In this document: one piece after another, positions 33,795 to 46,379 of the stretch
How the letters are laid out: each line of letters opens with the position of its first letter
Position numbering within the stretch: position 1 is the first letter of the stretch
DNA from: Octopus bimaculoides
Taxonomy: Eukaryota
Assembly: GCF_001194135.2 (NCBI RefSeq)
Contig: NC_068981.1
Span: forward strand, 113,810,406 to 113,862,467
Length of the DNA: 52,062 nucleotides
Reading direction: 5' to 3'
The notes under the pieces: model-generated
Seen by the model: the letters and a program-made list of their open reading frames with translations, nothing else
Database searches by the model: none
What the model was told of the DNA's origin: nothing
Translations under genes and position numbers: made by a program

Positions 33795-35145
33795 CCGTTA
33801 AAGAATTTTAATTTTTCTCTATATCCAGTTTTTTCTAATGTGAAATTATAAAAGTCCTCATTTAGTTTGAATACTTCCTCGTTCGCTGAGAGGTTAGTAA
33901 TGCGGATTGATATATTTTCTACTATAGATTGAGTTATACTTTTTGGGTGGCTGCTATTTTTATGAATGTATGTAAGGTTCGTATTAGGTATATATTTGTA
34001 CTTAGATCTAAATTAGCATGAAGAAAATTAACTGAATTATACTCCTCCTCTATTGATATTGAAAGTCCTGTGTTTTTAAAAAAACTGAAAAGTTTTTCCT
34101 ATATTTTTGTATGTCCCAGGGGTTAAACGGTGAAAAGTGCATCATCCCTGTATAGATCCATTTCTATTTCGGGGAATTCCTAAGGGAGAATAAAATGTAT
34201 ATTCCTTCTAAGTCTGTTACCTGAGCAGAATCTGTCGATCCCATAGTTATATCGGACATCCCTGGTTTATCTTTTCTCACCAATTACTTTTCCTCAAAAT
34301 TTTATAATTGATTTTCTAGCCGCTAGAAAATCAATTCTAGCCGGTAGAAAATCTACTTCTACTCTAGTAAGTCTAGAGTTTTCATAGCAAACATGAGTGC
34401 CTTATTCAAGAGAATAGGACTAATTGAAGCATAATGGTTAGTTATGTCGATTTGCATATATCTTGTTTTATTTTTATTTGGGATTTTAGTAAATCAGTCA
34501 ATTACCTCATATGAACTAGATCAAAGTTTAAGCTTAATGACATTCCTAAGTGTGGGTGTGTACATATCTATGATATGCTTACTTATCCTACCAGGGTCCG
34601 ATTTAAAAGGGTAAATTAGTCTAACAGTCGGGTTAGTGTAAAAGTTAGGTTTAAGTCCTTAAGATTAATTCTAGGAGTTTAGGTTCGTAGGGTTCAGTTT
34701 CATCTGATAAATTATATTTTTCCGTAATACCTTTAGCTTCCAGGTTAAGTTGTGTAAGGTTGTTAGGTTTCATGACTTTATAGTTTTTAGTTATCTCTTG
34801 TTTGGATAGTGCGTGTTTATTCCTTCTTAATGGGAATTTACGGAATTTAATATTCTTAACAATATTCCATAGTTTAGCTTCGAAAGCGGCTGGGTGTAGG
34901 TTTGGTGGTAGATATTTACTTGTTTTAAAAGTTCGCTGTATCTGTTCATCTGCTGCGTTGTTGTTAGAGTCTTGCTCTTTTTTGTCATGGAAGTACGCCC
35001 GCCATCTCAATCTGTATATGAAAGAGTTGGTTTTGTATATAAGGCCTTTAATATATTCTGTCTTTGGCGGTATTGGAATATCTTTAAGGGATGAGTCGAT
35101 ATTAATTCTCTTCATTCTCTGGTACACCGCCTTATTTGCTTGTTA
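33795..35145 (-). mobile_element. PLE reverse transcriptase ORF remnant from N-terminus to thumb; no GIY-YIG retained
   Basis: SLKDIPIP..EY..LI.KT.SFI.RLRWRAYF; PNFYTNPTVRLIYPFKSDPGRISKHIID; QIDITNHYASIS..LLNKAL; MGSTDSAQVTDL; LYRDD (34141-34155); VNFL; NSSHPKSI; ANEEVF. Stops and frameshifts present. Confidence 0.9.
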
Positions 35146-35482
35146 AAAAATGAGAGTTACTTTGAGAACAGTATAAAAGGGATGCCGAAATTATCTCACG
35201 AAATAGTATAGATGCTGTTTATCCACAACAGTCCAATTGCATAGTATTCGAGTATAAATAGATAATGATACTTGTAAGCTCCACTTGTGGGGTACTTCCT
35301 TGTTCCTATTCATAATTACAAACATTCCGTAGAGCATATAACTGAGGACCAAGAGGAGAGTGGAGATTTATACACATCCAAAAATTTTATTAAAAGCTTT
35401 TCTACAGCATATATACAACAATCACTAACATATGTTTCTACTGCAGCAACTACACATTTCTCAGTATGCAGTTATGCATCTA

Positions 35483-35806
35483 CGGGGTTCCAGGTTCAGT
35501 CCTACTGCGTGGCACCTTGGGCAAGTGTCTTTGGGCCAGCCAAAGCTTTGTGAGTGGATTTGGTAGAGGGAAACTGAAAGAAGCCCATACGTATATGCAT
35601 GTATATATGTATTTGTATGTCTGTGTTTGCCCCTACCATGGCTTGACAACCCATGTTAGCGTGTTTACATCCCCGTAACTTAGTGGTTCAGCAAAAGAGA
35701 CCGATAGAATAAGTACTAGGCTTACAAAGAATAAGTCCTGGGGGCGATTTGTTCGACTAAAGGCGGTGTTCCAGCATGGCCGCAGGAAAATGACTGAAGC
35801 AAGTAT
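35483..35806 (+). mobile_element. SINE family 1, near full length
   Basis: ggttcagtcctactgcgtggcaccttgggcaag..gtgagtggatttggtagagggaaactgaaagaagccc, a short TA/TG tract, then the tail ..ccagcatggccgcagg..tgactgaagcaag. Confidence 0.92.
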
Positions 35807-35814
35807 TACAGTGA

Positions 35815-36150
35815 GTATTAACTATCGATTAGCTAATTTCCTAGGTGTTTCATTATACTTTAACAGAGACCTTCATCGTCCCTGTCATAAACCAAATGAA
35901 AATTTGCACTACGTTAATCGCTGCTTAAACCATCATCGAGCCGCTATCAAATCTGTAGCTAGGAACGCCTAGAATCCTATAGGATCCTAAGAATGCACTA
36001 ATGAGCATGTCTTCTCCCCAAATGTCAGCTATTATAACACGATAATAGTTGCAAGCTATTTATGTATACATGCATTTACGTGCACACACACATACATATA
36101 TATAAGAAGGTGGCATAAGCAACCCCAGATAGAATATACATATACATACA

Positions 36151-36207
<57 letters not shown>

Positions 36208-37810
36208 NNNNNNNNNNNNNNNNNNNNNNNNNNNNNNNNNNNNNNNNNNNNNNNNNNNNNNNNNNNNNNNNNNNNNNNNNNNNNNNNNNNNNNNNNNNNN
36301 NNNNNNNNNNNNNNNNNNNNNNNNNNNNNNNNNNNNNNNNNNNNNNNNNNNNNNNNNNNNNNNNNNNNNNNNNNNNNNNNNNNNNNNNNNNNNNNNNNNN
36401 NNNNNNNNNNNNNNNNNNNNNNNNNNNNNNNNNNNNNNNNNNNNNTGTCAAATAAATAAATAAATAAATAAAAGCTAAAACTTGTTTACTACTTATACAA
36501 TTGTTTTGAAATGGTTTCTAGGGATGGTAAGAAAAGAAAGAAAAGAAAAAGAAAAAAAGAAAAATAGACAATAAGAAATTAAAAAATGTTTTCTTATCCT
36601 TTCTGTTTTAGTCCTTTCTTTTTATATTCTTAGAGTTATATTTAGAATATATTCCTGTTATACATTTATTTATTCATTTTGGGTAAGAATCAAGAAATTT
36701 TCGACGCTGCGGCTCCCTATTACGACGAGGACCTGGCGTCCAGTGGGTTTAATGACGCATTTCCTATATGCCGGACCCCAGCACCTGCAAAAGAAAGCGC
36801 TCCTGGAACATCGTTTGGTTTGCCCCACTCTTCTCACTCAACTTTAAAACTTGTGTGGGAAGAATATTCCTTAGGTTAGTAGACAAGCACTTCACGCAGA
36901 CACACAAGTATAGACGTTTGTTCAACAGGCACCCAACATGAAAAGAATATTGGCAAACATCCATAAAACGAGAGCTGAGGCAGTTGCTCATGCAGGGAGT
37001 ACAATAACTGGCCAGTGGGGGGAGTGCGAGACTGAGGGAGTCGCATATGAGGATGTGGTGGTATCCAGCCCTAAGAATCAGAATAATAGCAACAGCAGCT
37101 CATCCAACAACATCGACACCAATAATGGCAACAGCGGAGATGGCAGCAATAGCAACGCTTTAAACGGTAGAAACACCGGCAACGACCACAGCACCAGCGC
37201 TATGGCCAGAGATGTTGGCCATACCAGCACCTGCAGCACCAACGGAGCTACCAGTCCTACGCTTATAATTAAAAGCGACAACTGCCATAGCACTATCGGA
37301 AATAACAGCAGCATCAAAACGCTACGGCCAGGGATGACTACTGAAACGGCAACAACTACGGCGGTATCTCTCGACCTATGCCTTGTAATAACCGATGACA
37401 GCTCCAATAAACAACAGCATCAGGCTCAGAATTAACGGAAGATACACCAGAGGTGAGAACACAACCAGCGCTCAAGTTCAGAGATACATCGGGTTGGCCG
37501 AAGCTGCCTTTAAACGGCGCCTGTACAACCACAGATCTTCTTTTAGGGTTCTGGAAAGACATTACATCCCATCCTTGGCCAGCCACGTGTAACACCCTAA
37601 AGATGAAAGAACTCGATACGAAATTAAATGGCGGATTGTAGAGAAGCGGTGTCCAATACAAATGGGAGCGGACGATGCAAGCCTTTCATAGCAAAGTGGG
37701 CAAGTATCCTTAAAGACTTGTTGGATTCAAGTCTCTCTTAAACTCAAGATACAAGGTCTATAGCCCCTGCCTCCATTTCAAACGCCACTTCCTGCAAGCG
37801 TGGACTTCTC
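35815..37810 (+). mobile_element. PLE 3' half (thumb, linker, GIY-YIG), interrupted at ~35975-36683 and ~37070-37470
   Basis: NFLGVSL..PCHKPNENLHYVNRCLNH; NQEIFDAAAPYY; KRSWNIVWFAPLFS..VGRIFLRLVDKHF..KYRRLFNRH; SCSCR..GECETEGVAYE; RYIGLAEAAFKRRLYNHRSSF; EIKWRIV; LLNSRYKVYSPCLH. Confidence 0.9.
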
Positions 37811-38040
37811 CGTTCATTGATTAGGGTAGTAAAAATTACTTGAGGATCGGAACCAGCCTAAAACGGAGATACCCCGTTCGCCCTTTAGGCCCATAAGCTT
37901 TGCTGACCGGACCGGTCTAAGTGCGATAATCCGTCCCGTTTGATGATCAGCTAGTGTATATTATTCTTTTGTTTACAGATTAACTGAGCATAACAGTTTT
38001 CTACCTCCAGTTTGAAGCGAGGTTATATGCCCGCGGCCAT

Positions 38041-38100
38041 TGGAGTCTGACAAGTCGTCTATAAAGCTAAGCGCTTTGTAGATGCAAAACTATGACCACC
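38041..38100 (+). ncRNA. Degenerate hammerhead-like motif in PLE 3' region
   Basis: CTGACAA-GTCGTCTATAAAG-ctaagcg-CTTTGTAGATGC-AAAAC. The ~12-bp stem II is retained, but G8 and G12 equivalents are A and stem III is degraded. Confidence 0.5.
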
Positions 38101-38600
38101 CTATGTTATATATCTAACTTCATGTGAAACATATATGTATATATGTGTGTGGGTGTATGTCTGTGTATATATGCGTGTGTGTATATATATATATATGCCT
38201 AGACATGCACACACACACACACACACACACACAATCATATATGTATGTATGTATAAGCAACAATTGATGGAAAAGTGTAAATTCAGTAAATTCATTACAA
38301 TCGTTTCTAACGAAATTTTAATTGATTAATGAGTATATTATTATATTATAAAAGACCATTTTCTTCAGATAACTACATGAGTTTTACAATCAAGGACATT
38401 TAAAATAGTTCAGAATCCACAGTTCATATATATTTAGGGATTCTACAACTGAAGTGCTTTAATGGGTGGGGAACAACACTACGACACATTAAGGAGGACT
38501 ATATTTCAGATATTATAGCCTTAATAGGCGTTAGTTGGCTTGGTAGCGAGGGGGAAAGGTAAGGGACCTCCCAGTGTCCACTCAGCAATAAAGAAAGAGG

Positions 38601-39175
<575 letters not shown>

Positions 39176-40787
39176 GTGTGTGTGTGTATGTGTGGGTGCG
39201 TGTGTGCTTGGTGTTGCGTATGTGTATGCCACAAACATATAGGCGTGCGTGTACAGAGACCCTATTTCAAAATATTTTTCTCACTGAAATAGTGACACCA
39301 TCATAGTTTCAGGAGAAAACATCAAATTTCTCATGTAATGATTTCACAGAAATCAGATTTTATTAAACATAAGCTGAAGATTTAAGTAGTAGGTGATGGA
39401 TCAGCAAGTTTCGGCTTTCTGCTTATTTCAATTCACATTGACACTAGTCATATTTCTTAATATTTAATTAATAATATTGCCCACTTAGTAATTAAAGATC
39501 TTTTACACAAATTAAAAATTGACATACAGGCCATGTATGAATCAATTTATTACACACGTGCGCGCGCACGCACACACACACTCACACACACACACACACA
39601 CACGTATATGTGCCCTGATATAGAAGTAATTTATCGCGTGGTTAGATTATTAAATATGTTGACTTTAGTATTGTATCGTTTAGTCTGTTAGGCATGCTAA
39701 CGTATGTTTGTCAGTGTAGATATACACGATATTACCTTTTAAAAATAGGATATATATTGATTTTACCGATATGATAAAATCAATATCTGTATTGCAAAAT
39801 TTGATCATTGAGTCTGTTACAAGAAACTAGAAACAAAAGAATGAATAAAGTATTTCGCATAAAAAGACTAAGAATAGCAATTCCCTGGAATACCATTTAC
39901 ATTTCCTGGGACACCAGATCAATTGCTTGAGTTTATTGATATCTTTAGTCAAATTGAAGAGATTGTGTATATTGAGGCCCTAACAATATTAGTATTGATA
40001 TCAGAAGAATAGCAGCTATGAGTTTTGTAGTATAATTATTCGATAAACGTTATTGAATACTGTACATAAAACACACATACTGACGCATATATGCTCGCTC
40101 ATGCACACACACAGACACATATCTATACATATACATACAGTTATACATTTATATATAAATGCATACACATACACACGCACGCACACACACACATACACAT
40201 ATACACACAGGCATAATAACCGCTATAAATGCTGGTTGATTGATTTCTTAGTCACACTTTACAACATAAGAGACAAACTAAAAGAGAGGAGACGCAGAGA
40301 GTTAAAATGCTAAGCATTGTGACAAGCAATGAGTAACAAAATGTTAGAGAATGGACGATAAAAACTTGCAGAGATAAGTTTCGATGGAGTAGATTGTGAT
40401 AATGCTGATAAAAACATGAAAAAATAAATTTATTGAAAATATACAAATAAGAAATAATACAATAAGTAGTTTTCTTTTGAAAATTGGTATTCATTTCATC
40501 CACATGTATAAGCAACAAGAAATTTGATAAAAGTTTAATCATAATTATTTTACATGTCACATCCCGAGTAGAAGATATACATACATACATACATACATAC
40601 ATACAAACATTGAAAAGGTTACAAGACGCAACGAAGATTTTAGAAAAATAAAAAGGAAGTGGAAATTTTACCGGTGAGTGTGTTAAATTATAAGGCACTA
40701 AAAGAGAATGACTCTCCCCAGACACAACAGAATATGCTTCAACACACGAACTCACATAAAGAATCTTGCAAACCAAATCCCCAAACG

Positions 40788-40852
<65 letters not shown>

Positions 40853-40961
40853 TGCGTGTATATAATAAAATTTTAGATTCAAAGTGAATATGGTACTTAA
40901 GTTTAGGCACCAGAATTAAGTACGGTATTATCCGTACAGTTTCAAAATAAGGTCATTGAAA

Positions 40962-41107
40962 TCAAAATTAGCAACAAGGATATCCAAAGTTAATGCAGTA
41001 CGATCGTTTCATGTGACTCCATTTAATTAAGCAATTGCTGAATGAAATGGACTCGATTGAAACGATTGTATTGCATTAGCTTTGGGTATCCTTGTCGCTT
41101 ATTTTGA
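40962..41107. repeat. 146-bp imperfect palindrome derived from repeat B
   Basis: Arms 40962-41011 and 41058-41107 match 44/50 as reverse complements. The centre agcaattgct is self-complementary. Confidence 0.92.
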
Positions 41108-41141
41108 CAATATATATATATATAGGTAGGTAGATAGATAA

Positions 41142-41176
<35 letters not shown>

Positions 41177-41608
41177 TACATACAGATAGATAGATAGATA
41201 GATAGGTAGATAGATCGACACCGTCGCTATTATGCAAAAGTGTTGTAAGTCCAAAGCGTTGCTTTTTCAGAAACGAAAAAATAGTTTCACCATTCTATTT
41301 TTTTTTTACATTAGCAACAGTTTTAGCTCAACAACAATACTTCGTTGGCGGCATAAAATCGTAACTCCATACATGTATGATATTTTCAGTTAGAAATATT
41401 TTTGGGACTTACTACGTTTTTGAAAAATGCGAAACCACTGTAATACACTTTGACAATTTTCATATCTTGGCATCTGAAGCAGCTGGAGATACGTTAGCTT
41501 CACCAAAAGAACCGTCTATTGCAAGCAAAATTAACTGTCGAATATATGTATGCATATATGTGCGTGTGTCTGTGCGTGTGTGTCTGTGCGTGTATGTCTG
41601 TGCGTGTA

Positions 41609-41647
<39 letters not shown>

Positions 41648-41654
41648 CTATATA

Positions 41655-42474
41655 CAAGGTGTCCCCAAAAAATGCATACACATTTTAGCAGTTGATAACT
41701 CAATTGATGTTTTTTTTCTCTTCAGATTAAACCCATTGGAATTAATGATGGCAAAGGAAATTTATTCTAAAATGCTGCTGAATGTGTAAAAACGCCGTTG
41801 AAGTGCAAAGACAGTTTAGCAGGGTTGTTTCAAACAGATCCACCAACGCAACTTACCATCACTCAAATTAGAGATAAGTTTGAAGCCGATGGAACTGTTC
41901 AAAATGTTCACGAGAAGCGTTCCAGAAGACCACGAACATCGACAATCCCACAAAGCAAGAAGGAGCGCTGCAAACGTTTCACCAGTATCCAAGAAAATCT
42001 ATGCGGCAAGCGAGTCGTGAGGTAGATATTTCAAAATCGTCTGTCCAACACATCAGAAAAGCATCAGAAAAGACTTTGAAGATGAGAAGTTTTATTTTCA
42101 GCAATATAGGGCCCCCCCCCCACTACCATCGCGATGATAGATCCTTCCTTGATGAGATCTTGCTAAATATGGTGGATTGGATGAAGGGTTTTTGTTGAAT
42201 ACCCTCCGCCTTCACCAGACCTCACACCACTATACTTTTTTATGAGGATACTTAAAAGACAAAGTCGATGCTATGAAACCTACAACAGTCGCTGATTTGA
42301 GAGCAGCCATTCAAACGAATTGTTTCGTGATGTTTGCGATTCTATTGCTTCGCGTTGACAAAACAATGAAATAATGTCTGTAGATTCTATTAAATTTTAA
42401 AAACGAAATGTATTTTAATAAACACCTACTTTACAATTATCTAGAGTGTGTATACATTTTGGGGGACACCTTTG
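41655..42474 (+). mobile_element. Internally deleted Tc1/mariner-superfamily element
   Basis: TIRs caaggtgtccccaaaaaatgcatacac and gtgtgtatacattttgggggacaccttt. Translation gives PPTQLTITQIRDKFEADGTVQNV..RPRTS, FQQY.APPHY and PPSPDLTP. Confidence 0.88.
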
Positions 42475-43412
42475 AATGTATAATTTCTCTCTGCATTTTA
42501 ATACGTTAATGTACTAATCGACTATCTCGCTCCGCAAAAGTCCAGTAGTGTTTATTTTTCCATTCATTGCTTCATTCTTTATTTCTCCCGTTCAGACTAT
42601 TTGATATATATCTCAGATATATTCATAAAAAATACTATATCCATAACCGTAAGTACTATTCATCACCCATTCATTAAGTAAGGCCCCTTAGACAATTCAT
42701 TCCTTAAATGTTTTTATTTTTTGTTTTTATTTGTCTTGCATTTTATTGATAAATTTAACGGACCTGAAAAACGCCATTGCTTTCAAATATTAGGGGACCT
42801 AACTTTTGACCCCTGTGATATGGACTATCCCATTAAACTCACTCCACAACGTCTTATCCTCGCCACTTCCCCCAGTAAAATTGAAATAGGATGTATCTCT
42901 CATAACCTGTGGAAGTTACTCTTGGAAGTGACTTTCTTTACCATAAGATGTAATCCCATAGCTTATGGATATCACCTTGGAATTGACATTTTTACCATTC
43001 CTTACTATTTCTATCACGTTATTATTTACTTTATTTTACTATTTTACCTTCCTTACATGTTAGATTCCTAATATTATAGTCTCTCTGATAAAGCTTTGTG
43101 GCTCAATCATTGTCCAATCCCATCTAATGTTTATCCAACCTTTGTACAATTCCTGTATATTACTGGTGTGATGTGGAAAACTTGGCAGATTGGGCAACCC
43201 CATAGTAAAAACAGCTGTAAGAGTTTAGTATTTTTTCACTCATTTATTCTTATTCATTTATTTATTTACTTGTTTATTTGGTTATTTATTTGGTTATTTC
43301 ATTTGTTTATTCTGATTGCAATCAATTAATAAATAGATCTAAATGATTGTTTACAGGCTGATGTTTGTCGATTGATTATCCTCTGCATTTTCTTATTTGC
43401 CTAATATATACA

Positions 43413-43735
43413 GATAGTCACGTGGCTTAGGGTCTAGGGTATTCGGCTCACGATCGTGAAGTTGTGAGTTCAATTCCAGGTGATACATTGTGTCCTTGAG
43501 AAAGACAGTTTATTTCACGTTGTTCCAGTTCACTCAGCTGGTAAAATGAGTAGTTCCTGTATTTCAAAGGGTCAGCCTTGTCACACTTTGTAACACGCTG
43601 AATCTCCCTGAGGATTACGTTAAGGGTACGAGTGTGGAGTGCTCAGCCACATGCACGTTAATTTCACGGGCAGGGTGTTCCATTAATCGGATTAACTGAA
43701 ACCCTTGTCGTCGTAGCCAACGGAGTGTCATCTGC
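43413..43735 (+). mobile_element. tRNA-derived SINE (family 2)
   Basis: A-box-like gtggcttagggt, B-box-like gagttcaattcc, then tgtgtccttgagaaagacagtttatttcacgttgttccagttcactcagctgg. Confidence 0.8.
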
Positions 43736-44777
43736 CATACAGATTATGTGTTCAGTTGTTTGATCAACTAAACTCTCAGGTTTCTTGATTTAAGAGATTA
43801 TTCCATCGATACGTGCACACATAATATAATTATCATGCAGGGTCAGCGTGATGGTTTGCGATATGGCTGGTCTTTGAATTACAGGCACATATATACCAGG
43901 CTCCTGAATCGAACTTAGGACTTTATGATGGCTAAGCGAATTTCTAACTATTCCACAATAATGCAGCTACATTCATTTGTGCATTTAAACTATTATGTAT
44001 GCTTAATTTTTTACACGTAAAAATTTGAAGTTACATGTCTAGCTGGTGGAGAATTAGAGAACAAACAACCATAAAAGTGAATGGAAAAGCAAAGGAGTAA
44101 GTACAATGTTTTGTCATGGATGATATACAAGCATTTGGAAGAATAGTTTCAATACATACACACCCACATACGTACACATGCGTATGTAAGAGTGCATGTC
44201 TCTCTGTGGATGTATGTGTGTGTGTGTGTGCGTGCCTGCCTTTATTATAATAGTTGTATGGGTAAGAAATTCTCTTGGCAATCATACATTTTCGGGAATC
44301 CTAGGGCTTGGCATTGTGGGCATGTATCATTTATCTTGTATATATGTGTGTGTTTGTGTAAATATATGTGAGGATGTGTATAAATTCGTGTTTGTGTGTG
44401 TGTGTGTGTGTGTGTGCACATATACGATGTTGATATAGAAAGGCCATAGCGGTAGAATTTTCAAATGGAAATTTGCGAACATTATATAAATTACGTAAAT
44501 TACTGACATGCAGTGTTTATTTTCATATTAAGATTTACTATGGAGTATATTCACAGTAAATAATTTTGTAAATTTATTAAATTTCTTGGATATATAAGAC
44601 AGACGTAAACGTCTGTAATGCTTATTGTACAACCTCACTGTGAACAGAGATATTTCTGGTTTCTTTTACATTCACCACTATTCGAATATGCTTTACAGTT
44701 CTGCAAAATTTTATTTTAAGTTTCAGCTCTACTACTTATAACAAAATCAGGTTGAATGATTTTAATAGGTACTTTTA

Positions 44778-45000
44778 AGGCAGTAAGCTAGCAGAATCGT
44801 AAGCACACCAAGCAAAATTCTCAGCGGCATTTCATTACAGAGTTTTAATTTCATTACAGAGTTCTAATTCTGCCGAGATCGACTTTGCCTTTCAACCTTT
44901 CGGAGTCGATAAAAAAAAACTACAAATTGATCAGTGGGGTCGATGTAACCGACTTACCCACCTCACACCGAAATTACTGGCCTTGTACCAAAATTTGAAA
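44778..45000 (+). mobile_element. Degenerate SINE (family 3)
   Basis: gccgagatcgactttgcctttcaacctttcggagtcgata..ggggtcgatgtaaccgactta is homologous to 49365-49594. Confidence 0.82.
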
Positions 45001-45805
45001 ATAACATTAGACACTTTTTTCGTCTTTTACTTTCCACGGTGAGGTTGTGCAGTAAACTTGTTGGACGTTTACGACTGTGTCAGGTATCAAGTAAATATCA
45101 TTATTATATCTAATTCATTTAAGAAACGATGACGGTTGAAAGCCAGTGTATATACTTCATGCTAACACTTAGTATCATGAAAATTACTATTGTTGCTTTC
45201 GATATTTGTACCATTTCATTTCAGCACGTGTAATTGGTTATGTGTTATGTCACTAAATTATGAATATATAAAATGTTTCCATACAAAGTTGCCCAGTTTA
45301 CTTTCTACCAAATCTAAATTTCATATATAATTGGAGTTATGTTTTTACGTAATGAATTATATGTGTGTGTTAATGTATGTGTACGTGTGTGTGGGGGTGT
45401 CCAAGGTTTGGAGTCATAAATAATGAAGATTACGTGGGATTTCATCGTTGTCAGTGCAATTATATTTCAATAAACACTCTGGCACGTCAAATTATTGAGA
45501 AAATTTCAAAAGTTTATCTCGCTCATGTTTACAAAAAATAGAAGCAAGCAATTATACAATCATTCTCTAAAAATAAAAATATATATATGTAAACTTTAGC
45601 AGTATTTTTACGTCATGGATAAAAAAAAAACAGGACTGTCTACAAGTATTGGCTTGAAATATACTTAACTAGCGATAAAATTACAAGCAATTTATTTACA
45701 ACATTGAAATTACTCACGATGAATCTTACAGACGGTTAAGAATACAAATTGACTCACAGAACGATTATTTCTGTGAATGTCTAAATATTTTTTTATTGAG
45801 TATGT

Positions 45806-45861
<56 letters not shown>

Positions 45862-46148
45862 ATACATACAAACACACACACACATCACACATATTTGTAT
45901 GCTGTATATGCACACACATGAGGTAAACGTTTTGACGACATTATCATAAAAGGTTGGACTTGTCTGCAGTTTTTGAAAAGGATGTTATCGGTTTCAGTTA
46001 TATCACATAATCATGGAAATAAGCGAGGAAATGAATTAAAACAAATAAATCTTGCATGCATAGCTTTGAAAATTCACACGCTTTTTATGCTAAAACTTTT
46101 ATTGCTGAAAATGCTCGTTTCTCTCTGATATCTCTTGTAGTCATATTT

Positions 46149-46281
46149 GTGGAAACAATATTAGCAGTTGTGGCAACAATATTAGCAGTTGTGGCAACAA
46201 TATTAGCAGTTGTGGCAACAATATTAGCAGTTGTGGCAACAATATTAGCAGTTGTGGCAACAATATTAGCAGTTGTGGCAA
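46149..46281 (+). repeat. 21-bp minisatellite, 6.3 copies
   Basis: gtggcaacaatattagcagtt units start at 46149 (one mismatch), 46170, 46191, 46212, 46233 and 46254, with a partial unit at 46275. Confidence 0.97.
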
Positions 46282-46379
46282 TAGTAATCTATTATTTCCC
46301 ATTGATCATATTGACACGAAGAAAACCAAATGAAAGTTGATCTAAAGAATGTAATAATAAAAGACCAACCTTTAACTTT

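Noticed and set aside
34490-34530. In-frame TGA codons in the PLE ORF as selenocysteine or recoding
   Set aside because: Both fall at positions expected to be Trp (L*..VID*F). TAG/TAA stops and frameshifts are also present, so TGG-to-TGA decay is simpler. No SECIS was identified.
36938-37435. 165-aa Asn/Ser/Thr-rich ORF as a host gene
   Set aside because: It begins inside the PLE linker (NMKRIL..GVAYE) and the rest is low-complexity insert.
39754-39786. 12-bp hairpin atattgatttta/taaaatcaatat
   Set aside because: Very AT-rich and isolated; plausible by chance.
42721-43071. 116-aa ORF as an exon or gene
   Set aside because: No recognisable domain or convincing splice context, and the length is within chance expectation.
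46149-46281. CRISPR-like array
   Set aside because: Head-to-tail identical units with no unique spacers, a eukaryotic context and no cas genes. The same applies to 22795-22843.
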